Positions 21,165 through 30,000 of a stretch of DNA of 64,000 nt are shown piece after piece. Numbering within the stretch: the stretch's first letter is position 1; every line of letters begins with the position of its first letter. This DNA comes from Clostridiales bacterium (GTDB taxonomy: Bacteria; Bacillota; Clostridia; Christensenellales; UBA1242), in NCBI GenBank assembly GCA_015055665.1, contig SVHX01000005.1, forward strand, positions 6,896-70,895, in the 5' to 3' direction. The notes beneath the pieces were generated by a model that saw only the letters and a list, made by a program, of their open reading frames with translations, had not been told where the DNA came from and searched no databases. A program made the translations under genes and the position numbers.

Positions 21165-21856
21165 ACTTGTTTTTTCCGTCGCATATCAAGTGTATATTTT
21201 GTGGAGAAGAAACCAAAGCCATAGCTATATGCGATAAGTGTTATGCGTCGTTACCATTTATAACAGCACAGAAGTGCCTTAAGTGTGGCGGAGTTGTAAA
21301 AGGTGATGGTGGAGTTTGTATTGAGTGTAAGGGCAGAGATCTTCATTATGATAGATGTTATTGCTTGTTAAGTTATACAGGTATTGTTCAGTCTAAGGTA
21401 ATTACCTTCAAGCAAGCTGGATATAAGCATATTGGAGAAACTTTTGCACATATCATGAAATTAGGATTAAAGGAAATAGAAGAACCGATAGACGTAATAG
21501 TTCCTGTTCCAATTCATGATACTAGAAGAAAAGAAAGAGGATTTAATCAGAGTGAAGTATTGTGTACAGAAATTAAAGATGTACCAATAGACACAACTCT
21601 ACTAATAAGATCGGTTAATACACCTCATCAAACAGGTCTAAGTCGAGAGAATAGGGAGAAGAATCTAATTGGATGTTTTGCTGTGCCGGATAAGAAACTT
21701 GTTACAGGGAAATCCATCTTGCTTGTAGACGATATCTATACAACCGGTAGTACTCTTAGTGAGTGTGCCAGAACACTTAAGAAAGCGGGTGCTAAGAAAG
21801 TCTATGCAATGTGCCTAGCTCGTGCTCCATACAAATTAGACAATATTGTTCAATAA
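21152..21856 (+). CDS. comFC: ComF family protein (phosphoribosyltransferase-like, ComFC)
   Basis: An N-terminal Cys4 zinc ribbon (CIFCGEE...CDKC...CLKCGG...CIEC) is followed by the PRT motif LLVDDIYTTGST. The gene overlaps the recD2 stop by 13 nt. Confidence 0.85.
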   Translation: MAIIDLFFPSHIKCIFCGEETKAIAICDKCYASLPFITAQKCLKCGGVVKGDGGVCIECKGRDLHYDRCYCLLSYTGIVQSKVITFKQAGYKHIGETFAHIMKLGLKEIEEPIDVIVPVPIHDTRRKERGFNQSEVLCTEIKDVPIDTTLLIRSVNTPHQTGLSRENREKNLIGCFAVPDKKLVTGKSILLVDDIYTTGSTLSECARTLKKAGAKKVYAMCLARAPYKLDNIVQ

Positions 21857-21932
21857 GGCGATAATCAATAAGGCTTGACAATTGGATACGTTAAGGTATA
21901 CAATTAATAGGTAGTGTGATCTACCTATATAT

Positions 21933-22009
21933 GCTCCACTAGCTCAACTGTATAGAGCATCGGTCTTCGGAACCGAGGGTTGGGGGTTAGAATCCCTCGT
22001 GGAGCACCA
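21933..22009 (+). tRNA. tRNA-Arg (anticodon UCG), CCA encoded
   Basis: The cloverleaf was folded by hand. The acceptor is GCTCCAC/GTGGAGC, the D stem GCTC/GAGC, the anticodon stem TCGGT/ACCGA with loop CTTCGGA (anticodon TCG), and the T stem GGGGG/CCCTC with loop TTAGAAT. The discriminator is A, followed by CCA. Confidence 0.85.
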
Positions 22010-22049
22010 GTAATAATTAAAATCCATATTACAAAAAGGAGAAAATAAT

Positions 22050-22793
22050 ATGTTTGTTAGAGTTTTTGATAAAGAGAATAATTTGTATTACAAGTCCGTA
22101 GTATATGGAGTTATTGATAGTGGTTATTATGAAAAATATATTGTAATCAATCCACACACAAACAACTTCGAACTTATTAATTATTTTGATGAAAACTCTA
22201 ATGTTCAAATTGAAAAAATTCAAACTCAACGTATTGATTGGGTTGAATACAATGATTCACATTTATTAATTTTTAAAAAGAAATGCAAAATTGCAAATAA
22301 GGATTTGCAATTAACTTCTTTTGTAGGATATAAAGAAGTATTTGATAATTTTGACTTTCTTTCAAGTATTTTAGAGCATAGAAAAGTTGCAGTGCAAGAT
22401 TCTGGTATTGAAATAAAATGTTTGACAGATATTAATGAGTGGAATTATATAAGGAATCAGGAAGATGTTGACAATCTAATGAAAAACATGGTTGGCTTTC
22501 ATGACGCTCTTATGACAAGCCTTGTTGTTGAACAAGATTTTACTAGTACAAAAGTCAATGCAGTTTTTGATAATTCTGGTTGGTATGGAATTGTGGAGTT
22601 GTGTTTCGAGGGAGTTTTGGGTGTAAAACTTTGTCCAGCAAAAGAAAATTATAGCAACGAAATTTATGGGGCAACTTTAAAACTAGAAAATGAAATAATT
22701 TTGTGGGCAGATAATAATGTTGAAAGCGAAGAAGATTGTCAACAATGCAGTTATATAAAATCTTTAAATTTAAAATGGAGAAAAATTGATTAA
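22050..22793 (+). CDS. hypothetical protein (single gene of the tRNA-Arg-linked islet)
   Basis: The RBS is AAAGGAGAAAA and the ORF is 247 aa with no recognised motifs. The DNA is visibly more AT-rich than the flanking core genes. Confidence 0.6.
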   Translation: MFVRVFDKENNLYYKSVVYGVIDSGYYEKYIVINPHTNNFELINYFDENSNVQIEKIQTQRIDWVEYNDSHLLIFKKKCKIANKDLQLTSFVGYKEVFDNFDFLSSILEHRKVAVQDSGIEIKCLTDINEWNYIRNQEDVDNLMKNMVGFHDALMTSLVVEQDFTSTKVNAVFDNSGWYGIVELCFEGVLGVKLCPAKENYSNEIYGATLKLENEIILWADNNVESEEDCQQCSYIKSLNLKWRKID

Positions 22794-22813
22794 TTTTATC
22801 AATTTTATAAAAA

Positions 22814-22890
22814 GGCACCCGAGAGTTTGAAAGGCTTGAGTGAACGAGAAAAAGGCACCCGTTTGGCACCCAAAGTATGTAATGGCACCC
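22814..22890 (+). repeat. cluster of four direct GGCACCC heptamers
   Basis: GGCACCC occurs at 22814, 22854, 22865 and 22884 in non-coding DNA between the islet ORF and the duplicated tRNA 3' end. Confidence 0.7.
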
Positions 22891-23030
22891 AATGAGTGCT
22901 AAATTATCACAAAACACTTGAAGTGTGTAAATTTTACAAACATTATGAAAGGTTAATCGCTTTTACAAAAAGTGGTGAGTAATACAATAGTTAGAGTGGT
23001 TCAAGTTAAAGTACTTCGGACGCATTTTTA

Positions 23031-23057
23031 GGGGTTAGAATCCCTCGTGGAGCACCA
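23031..23057 (+). repeat. 27-bp exact duplicate of the tRNA-Arg 3' end (att-type scar)
   Basis: GGGGTTAGAATCCCTCGTGGAGCACCA at 23031-23057 is identical to 21983-22009. There is no matching 5' half (no GCTCCAC upstream), so it is not a second tRNA. Confidence 0.85.
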
Positions 23058-23086
23058 TATAAGTTGAATAAAAGGCTTATACAAAA

Positions 23087-23125
23087 AGAAACTAGAGTTG
23101 ATAAACAATTCTAGTTTCTTTATTT
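23087..23125 (+). terminator. hairpin plus T-rich tract downstream of the duplicated tRNA end (probable original tRNA terminator)
   Basis: The stem is AGAAACTAG / CTAGTTTCT (23087-23095 and 23111-23119), followed by TTATTTATTT. Confidence 0.5.
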
Positions 23126-23177
23126 ATTTGTTAGGGGGTGGGTATAATTTTGTGATATAATGTAATAGAGGTGCAAT

Positions 23178-23465
23178 ATGGAGATATTTTGTACGATTTA
23201 TTATATCTGTAGTTATATTCAAACGGTGCCACAAGTAATCAAACTAATTAAGACTAAATCAAGTAATGATTATTCTTTATGGCAAGTTTTCTTGGGATTA
23301 TTTGGTTTGATTTGCTGGTCAATTTACATATTTACAACCCAACAATCCGTAATCGTTTATGTTGGTACTGTAATCGATCTATTGCTTGTGTTGTTAGTGG
23401 ATGGATTGGTATTAGGTTTTTTTGATTTTAAAAATAAAAAAGGATATAAAGCAGATGAGAATTAG
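23178..23465 (+). CDS. SemiSWEET / PQ-loop family small transporter
   Basis: The 95-aa protein has three TM helices. The PQ motif context YIQTVPQVIKLIKTKSSNDYSL matches the bacterial SemiSWEET signature (..LPQ...K.K...S). Confidence 0.7.
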   Translation: MEIFCTIYYICSYIQTVPQVIKLIKTKSSNDYSLWQVFLGLFGLICWSIYIFTTQQSVIVYVGTVIDLLLVLLVDGLVLGFFDFKNKKGYKADEN

Positions 23466-23907
23466 GAAGGCAGAGTTAAAAGATTTGTCAAGAATTCAAG
23501 AGTTAAACAATGAACTATTTGAATTGGAGATTGCAAATTTTGATAAATATTTAATTAAAGATTGGCCTCTATCTAATGAAGGGAAAACATATTTTGAAAA
23601 TGCTATTAAGGAAAGTTTCGTGGCTGTCGCCGAAATTGATAACAAAATTGTTGGATATTTGTTGGGGGAAGAAACTGATATCCCATACTACAATTTCAAA
23701 ATAGCAGAACTTTGCAATATGTGTATAGATGGTAACTATCGCAAACAGGGGATAGGTAACGCACTTTATAAAGAGTTTGAGAGTTATTTTAGGATGAAAG
23801 GAATCTCTCATTTTGTCGTTACTGCATCATTTAAAAATGAAAGTGCGAAAGCGTTCTATAAGAAAATGGGGTTTGAAGAAGCGAACTCAACATTTGTTAA
23901 GTTTTAA
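23455..23907 (+). CDS. GNAT family N-acetyltransferase
   Basis: The start was taken at the ATG at 23455 (MRIRKAELKDLSRIQELNN), which overlaps the SemiSWEET stop by 11 nt. The acetyl-CoA motif is NYRKQGIGNALYKEFE. Confidence 0.8.
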   Translation: MRIRKAELKDLSRIQELNNELFELEIANFDKYLIKDWPLSNEGKTYFENAIKESFVAVAEIDNKIVGYLLGEETDIPYYNFKIAELCNMCIDGNYRKQGIGNALYKEFESYFRMKGISHFVVTASFKNESAKAFYKKMGFEEANSTFVKF

Positions 23908-23971
23908 ATTAACTAAACAATTAAAATGTTTATAATAGTGGGGTAATGCAGAAGATATTGTTAGCAATTTG

Positions 23972-24174
23972 TAATATATCTCAAAAGGTACCCGAGGTTA
24001 TGAAAGTTTTTTAAATAAACTTAAAGCACTTAATTTGACTATTTCAAGCGTGGTTGTGGATTGTGTAACAGAAATAGATGAGAAGTGTGCTAAACGTTAT
24101 CTAGGAGATAAATATATTGCCAATTCTGACAATGGGAAAATTTATGAAGGAACTTTGGAAAATTCTCTGCTATA
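23972..24174 (+). pseudogene. start-less ORF remnant (~67 codons)
   Basis: The frame is open from 23972 to the TAA at 24172-24174 (YISKGTRGYESFLNKL...GKIYEGTLENSLL) with no in-frame start codon or RBS. Its 5' part repeats the AAAAGG(C/T)ACCCGAG..TGAAAG sequence seen at 22810-22836. Confidence 0.35.
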
Positions 24175-24229
24175 ATCAAAAACTGTGTTATATTCAATCA
24201 TTTTAGTATGTTACAAAGGAGAAAATTAA

Positions 24230-24631
24230 ATGAATAAAGAACAAGAATTGATTAATTTTTGGTGTGATAGAATCCCAGAATTAAAGGACGAATTTGAGAA
24301 AGAACTAAATGTTATGAAGGATAATGAATATTATCAAAGTGAAAATTGTAGGGTTTATCATTTGATGAGTTCCTCAATTGTTACTTACTTTGATACAGCA
24401 CTATCCAATCAAGATTTAAGTAAATTGAAATTGTTTTTCAAAATATTTGATGAGTATTATAATATTTTTAAAGGTCAATTTGTAACAAATCAAATTCCTA
24501 ATGATTTAATCATTGATATATTGTACACTCATATTTTTGAAGGCATAGGAGAAAACAATAAGCAAATTGCAATAAAATCCATGCCAAAAACAATTAAAGA
24601 AATGTATCGAGGATGGTTACAATCTTTTTAA
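24230..24631 (+). CDS. hypothetical protein
   Basis: The RBS is AAAGGAGAAAA. The 133-aa product has a helical composition and no recognised motifs. Confidence 0.6.
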   Translation: MNKEQELINFWCDRIPELKDEFEKELNVMKDNEYYQSENCRVYHLMSSSIVTYFDTALSNQDLSKLKLFFKIFDEYYNIFKGQFVTNQIPNDLIIDILYTHIFEGIGENNKQIAIKSMPKTIKEMYRGWLQSF

Positions 24632-24719
24632 AATTAACATAAATGCGGTGGATAACCAATCGAATAAAGATGTGGATGGTGGTATAATATTAAAGTTTAG
24701 TAAAGAGGAGGTAATTGGA

Positions 24720-25169
24720 TTGGAATTTAAGGTTTTGAAAAAGGCTGAAGTGATAGACGACATACATACTAGACAACAAATAGATAATATTTGGTCTAAA
24801 TATGCATATTTGCAACATGTAGACTTTTATAGAGAAGTAAATATTTATATGCCAGATGATGATTATTTTATTTGTTCATTTAGTGGTGAAGAAATGATGG
24901 GGTTTGCTGCAATTACACTTGATGCAAGGAATAAACGAGGGGATCTCTTATGGTTTGTGGTAGATAAAGAAAATGCCAAAGGTTTTTCCAATAAATCATT
25001 ACTTGATAAAGTAATAGAATTTTGTAGAACTAAGGGTATGAAAACATTATCTTGGACTTGTTTGGATGCATCATGGAGAAATGTTAATAACAAGGAAAAA
25101 ATTTTCAAGAGATTTGGTTATAATCCTACGGTGTATGACGATGGTGATATGGAATTAAATCTTGAGTAA
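24720..25169 (+). CDS. hypothetical protein, possibly GNAT-fold
   Basis: The listed ORF starts at a GTG at 24648 that has no RBS. An in-frame TTG at 24720 is preceded by the strong RBS AAAGAGGAGG and by TGgTATAAT (24681-24686). The segment GFAAITLD...LLWFVVDKENAKGF...EFCRTKGMKTLSW is weakly GNAT-like. Confidence 0.5.
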   Translation: MEFKVLKKAEVIDDIHTRQQIDNIWSKYAYLQHVDFYREVNIYMPDDDYFICSFSGEEMMGFAAITLDARNKRGDLLWFVVDKENAKGFSNKSLLDKVIEFCRTKGMKTLSWTCLDASWRNVNNKEKIFKRFGYNPTVYDDGDMELNLE

Positions 25170-25369
25170 AAAGTTAGTTGAAATAATGTTAAGATTATTA
25201 ATTGTGTAGTAATAAAAGAAAGAAATATTAAGGTGTTTATTAATGAAAATCGGGCAAAACTTGGTAGATAGAATCTATTTGCCGAGTTTTTTTGTTGTGT
25301 GAAGGATTTGACTGAGATAGCACATGTGTTATATACTAAGTATGTAATTGGATGCAAGGGGGATAATAT

Positions 25370-25678
25370 ATGAAATTGTTTAACAAATTAGTAAGAGATA
25401 AAATCCCGGAGATTATTAGGGCAAAGGGTGAGAATTGCGAAACTAGAATACTAGGGGATGAAGAGTACATAAAGGAGCTTGAAACTAAGCTGCAGGAAGA
25501 GATGCATGAGTATCTTGAGTCGGGTGATATTGAGGAACTTGCAGACCTAGAAGAAGTGCTGAGAGCTATACTAGATGCTAAGAATTGTGCGTATAGTGAG
25601 TTTGAGAGTATTAGGCAAAAGAAAGTAGATAAGCGAGGAGCGTTTAAAAATAGGATATATCTAAAAAGTACGGATTAA
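25370..25678 (+). CDS. small MazG-like nucleotide pyrophosphohydrolase-family protein
   Basis: The 102-aa protein begins KLVRDKIPEII and contains EE..EY.....EELADLEEVL, a pattern typical of the all-alpha NTP-PPase (MazG-like) fold. Confidence 0.65.
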   Translation: MKLFNKLVRDKIPEIIRAKGENCETRILGDEEYIKELETKLQEEMHEYLESGDIEELADLEEVLRAILDAKNCAYSEFESIRQKKVDKRGAFKNRIYLKSTD

Positions 25679-25699
25679 AGCGGATTTTGAAATAAATGC

Positions 25700-25729
25700 A
25701 TAGCACTAGCATAGTAGTGCTATTTTTTG
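25700..25729 (+). terminator. rho-independent terminator
   Basis: The stem is TAGCACTA / TAGTGCTA (25701-25708 and 25715-25722), followed by TTTTTT. Confidence 0.65.
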
Positions 25730-25856
25730 TAAAATAATAAAATATTGACAAGTGATAGCTGTAATTTTGTAAAAATTATTTGATTGAAAAGTGAAAATAT
25801 GATACGATAAAGGTGTCGATTAAGAATGTCGATAATATAAAAAAGGAAGGTAGGAT

Positions 25857-26990
25857 ATGAAAAAATTATTATCAATATTATTTGCTGCTGTGTTGTTAGT
25901 TCCATGTGTATTCTTGTTATCTGCATGTGGTGGAGACAAAGAGCAAGAAAGGGTTATGAACGTAGAGCTTAATCCTAAAGTAGAATTCGTATTAGATAAA
26001 AACGATAAGGTTGTTACTGTAAATGCTCTTAATGATGAGGGTAACAGAATTATCTCTATCGCTACTGATGCGGATACTGTATTTGAAAACTTAGAGGCAG
26101 AAGATGCTGTTGAGTTATTTTTAAAAATAAGTAAAGAAAACGGATACTTGGTGTCTAGCAGTGAAGATGAGCTTAAGGTATCTATATCTGGCGATTCTGA
26201 CAAATTAAAGGACAGTATTGAGAGCGCTGCTAGAGATTATCTAAAAAATGCAGGCGTTACTCTTAAGGTAGAAATTGGAGAGATTAATGTAGAGGCAATT
26301 AAAGCAAAAGTTGCTGAGTGTATGCAAGAATACACAGAAAATGATCTAAAGAATATGTCTGAGGAACAGCTTATTAATTTATTAAAAACCTCTAGACAAG
26401 AAACTAAAGAAATGCTAACACAAGAATTAAAAGATATGTATTATCAACTTAGAGCAGTGGAGATTAACGAGGCTAAATTTGATGCACTTCTTGATGGTAT
26501 CAAAAATAACCCATTGCTTACTCAATATGCAACAATTATCGAAGAGCAACTAGGTGATATGCAATCTTATATAGACACTCTAAAGACTAAGTACGAAGAG
26601 CAGTTCTTATCTCAAGAAAGTGTGTATAAACAGAAGATGCAAGAGTTTATAGAAGAGAAACAAGAGTTATTAGATGCTAGACTTGAGGGGGTAAAAACTG
26701 AGGCAGAACTTGCAGCACAAGAGCAAATTATTGCTCAGAAGCAACAAGCTTTGGAATATGCAAAGACTGCTGCAGAAGGTGCAATTAAAGTTGTAATGGA
26801 AAGTATTAATGTGACAATGGGATTCATCAATCAGCAATTAGAGCTTGTTAATCAAATCTTTGGAGAGCAGGCTAATACAATTATGAATACAGCTATTAAT
26901 CAAGCTAAAGCTAGCTTTAAGGATTCATTTTGTAATGAATTTGATGCGTATGTAGGTAATGAGAATTCCTATTGGAAAGAAAATGCTTAA
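25857..26990 (+). CDS. lipoprotein with a long coiled-coil C-terminal region, unknown function
   Basis: The signal peptide and lipobox are MKKLLSILFAAVLLVPCVFLLSAC-GG. The rest is Glu/Lys/Gln-rich and helical. Confidence 0.75.
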   Translation: MKKLLSILFAAVLLVPCVFLLSACGGDKEQERVMNVELNPKVEFVLDKNDKVVTVNALNDEGNRIISIATDADTVFENLEAEDAVELFLKISKENGYLVSSSEDELKVSISGDSDKLKDSIESAARDYLKNAGVTLKVEIGEINVEAIKAKVAECMQEYTENDLKNMSEEQLINLLKTSRQETKEMLTQELKDMYYQLRAVEINEAKFDALLDGIKNNPLLTQYATIIEEQLGDMQSYIDTLKTKYEEQFLSQESVYKQKMQEFIEEKQELLDARLEGVKTEAELAAQEQIIAQKQQALEYAKTAAEGAIKVVMESINVTMGFINQQLELVNQIFGEQANTIMNTAINQAKASFKDSFCNEFDAYVGNENSYWKENA

Positions 26991-27024
26991 TTGATATTTT
27001 TGAGTAATATTAATGATAGAAAAA

Positions 27025-27057
27025 AGTTATATCATAAGAAATGATATAACTTTTTTT
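27025..27057. terminator. bidirectional terminator between convergent genes
   Basis: The stem is AGTTATATCAT / ATGATATAACT (27025-27035 and 27041-27051), flanked by an A-run and a T-run. Confidence 0.7.
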
Positions 27058-27093
27058 GTTTCAAAAATTTCGCAACCAAGTATTATGCAAACT

Positions 27094-30000
27094 TTACTTT
27101 TTCTTGGAAGTTTTGCCTTTTTCTGTAGTTTGCTTAGAATTAGAAGCTGTAGAATTAGAAACTGTTTTGTTCTTAAGTGACATCAGCTTGGCAAGGGTAT
27201 CTTTGTTTGTGTTTGTGTTAGGGGTAGCACTGGTTGGAGGTGTTGATACTTGCTTGCTTTCCTGATTTCTCTTCTGAGCTAATGCTCTTAGGTTATCAAG
27301 TGGCTTACGTGCAACTGGAGCTTTCTGTTCTACCTTGACTTCTGGCTTAACTGTGGTAGTTGGAGTTGAAACTTTGTCTAAAGCTGGCTTTGAAGGAGTT
27401 GTTGATGTATCCTCATTTTTGCCTTTAGTTGAAGCTTGGCTAGTTTTTGATTTTAATTCTTGTAAGCTACTTAGTTGAGATTTAACTTTGCTAATCTCTT
27501 TTTTGTTGTAGCGTTTAGCGAGTCGAGCTTCTTTTTCCTTCTCCTTTCTAGCAATTGCTTTGGCTTGTTCTGCTTCTTCTTTTGCTTTCTGAGCTTCGAT
27601 TTTTGCTTGTTTCTGAGCTTCAAGCTTCTCTTGTTTGGCTTGTAGCTTCTGAGCTTTCTTTTCTTCTCTTTCGGCCTTGGCGTCAAGTTTTTTTGCTTTT
27701 TTCTCGGCTATACGATCCTTCTTTCCTTCGTATTTGGCTTCGATATCATCTAAATATTTGCCATCTGGATTAAGATTTTTTGTTTTAGATTTTTTTGCAG
27801 GTTTTTCTTCCACTGGAGTAGACTCTTGGTTATTTGTTATTTGCTCGGTCGCTTGTTGTTCTGCAGGAGCAGGGGATGCTTTTTTGCGAGTTTTTTTCGT
27901 TTTTGCCTTCTCTGCTTTTATCTCTTCTTGAGTAAGGATTGGCTCAAGTTCGAGATTGTAATCTGCTGTTTCGTTAAGACGTTTAATTTCCTCAGATTTA
28001 GCGTCTTCATTAAGTTTGTCTTCCTCTAGTCGAGCAAGGACCTTACGATTAAGTCTGGTGCTGATTACTTGAGTTTCTTTCTGTGCTTTCTCAAATAAAT
28101 TGCCGCCAAGTACTTTGTTTTCTTCTACTTTAGATTCTTTTTTAGTAGGTTTCTTTTTGTTGGCTTTCTCTTCTTGAATTCTTGTGATAGCTTTAGCGAT
28201 TTTGCTCTCGATTAGCTCGATTGTTTTCTCTTTGTCTGTCCACCAATCTCTGCTCCATAATCTCATCATATTCCAGCCGCGAGATTTAAGGAATTTGGTA
28301 CGATACACATCTCTTTCAAGCAAACTATCTGAAGAGTGATATGCGTTAGAGTCTATCTCGATACCAAGGACATATCTATCTAATTTTTTATTGTATATAG
28401 CTAGATTAATCTTATATTTAGCACTGCCAATATTAGTATCAACGATATACTTTTTCTTCTCGAGAGCGACTTTGATTTCTTCCTCTAGTCCGCCAGTAAC
28501 TTCTTCTTCGATTACAGTCTTCTTGCGTAGGCTTTCGAGAATAATCTTCTGTTCGTATTTATTGCCAAAGCTTACGGCTCTTGCATATTGCAAGTATTTT
28601 TTAAGTACCTTAGGACCGATATTCTTAGAATATTGAACGTTAAGTTCTTCTGGCTCGATAGAGGTAATTAGGTAAATCTTCTCTTTGGCACGGGTAATTG
28701 CAACATTTAGACGATTCTCTCCGCCTTCTTGGCTAAGAGGTCCGAATAGAGCAACGACTTTGCCACGTTCGTTCTTGGCGTAGCCGATAGAGAATATAAT
28801 AATATCTCTTTCTTCACCTTGAACGTTCTCGATATTCTTAATAAATAAACCAGTATCTTCGCCATTTTCCTTCCTGCTAACCTCTTTTAGGTATGCTTCA
28901 CGGAAAGATGGGTCTTTCTGGCACTCTACATCAATAATGTCTGCAATATAATGTTCTTGCTCGGTATTAAATGTAATAACGCCAATTGTCTGGTTGTTAT
29001 CTCTTGTTTGGAGAATCTTCTTGATTGTCTTGACAACCTCGACAGCCTCGTCGTGGTTGCGTCTATCTTGCCAAATGCCATTAACTTTGATTCGTTCGAT
29101 AGGCTTAACAACATTTTTCTTAATATTAGGTGCAATCTGAAGTTTCTCGTCATAGAAAGCATAGTTAGAGAAGTTAATAAGCTCCTCGTACTTACTACGA
29201 TAATGGTAGGTAAGGTTGGCATTGCTATATCTGCTAGTAGCAAGATCAAGTAGGCTTTCTACCTCGAGTGCTGCTTGTTCTGTAAGACTAAGGTCTTCGA
29301 AGTTCTCGTTGCCCATATAGCGCTTCATAAATGTAGTTGTTGGCTTAAGCTGTTTGCGGTCGCCGGCGATAGCAACATTTTTGCCACGGTAAATAGTAGG
29401 GATGGAGTTCTCGATAAATATCTGAGATGCTTCGTCAAATACGATTACATCAAATAGGTCTTGTTTTAGAGGCATTACGGAGCTGACATTTTCTGGGCTC
29501 ATCATCCAACAAGGGAATAGTTTGAGTAGATATTCGTGGAAATATTCCATTGTTTTGCGGATATTCCACATATTTTCTTGTTTGTTAATAACATACAAGT
29601 AATCTTTGTTGTTTTTTGCGTTGTTATAGAAGTCTGTATACTTGTCATTAAATGCAAAGTATGCGATATTGCGGTTAATGTCTAGCATCTCGGCTTTGAG
29701 ATTAATAACGCGTTGCTTGGTGTTCTCGAAGTCTAGTATAATTGATAGCTTCTTGTCTTCCTTCTCTTCGGCTTTAACAATTTCGTGATAATTACGGATT
29801 GGTAGTAGCTTAGAGATTACATTGCGTATGTCTTCTTCTGTTTTAGAGATAGACAAGGCAAAATCTAATACTGTACGTTCGTTATCGCTAAGCATCTCTA
29901 AGTTCTGACGCATATCTTTGATAACAGTAAAGTTCTTAAGTGCGTCGTTAAGGAGTTTGATATTAGATTTGCTAGCACATAGTATGTTGTCTACGATTAT

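Noticed and set aside
22894-22902. GAGTGCTAA, a perfect right half of the CIRCE/HrcA operator, lies next to the GGCACCC heptamers.
   Set aside because: There is no TTAGCACTC half-site 9 nt upstream, and the nearest similar sequence, TGGCACCC, is only 3 nt away. It is not near any chaperone gene, so it is probably coincidental.
27056-28029. Periodic purine/pyrimidine-rich repeats and several + strand ORFs lie within the 3' end of the helicase-nuclease gene. I asked whether this could be a repeat array or CRISPR-like locus.
   Set aside because: The periodicity comes from K/E/A codon repetition (AAG, GAA, GCT) in a continuous minus-strand ORF. There are no unit-length direct repeats separated by unique spacers, and the + strand ORFs are antisense artefacts.
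28241-28248. GTCCACCA, the tmRNA 3'-end octamer, lies on the + strand inside the helicase-nuclease gene.
   Set aside because: It has the opposite orientation to the other copies and lies within codons for DWWTD. It has no adjacent hairpin and no extended similarity, so it is a chance octamer.
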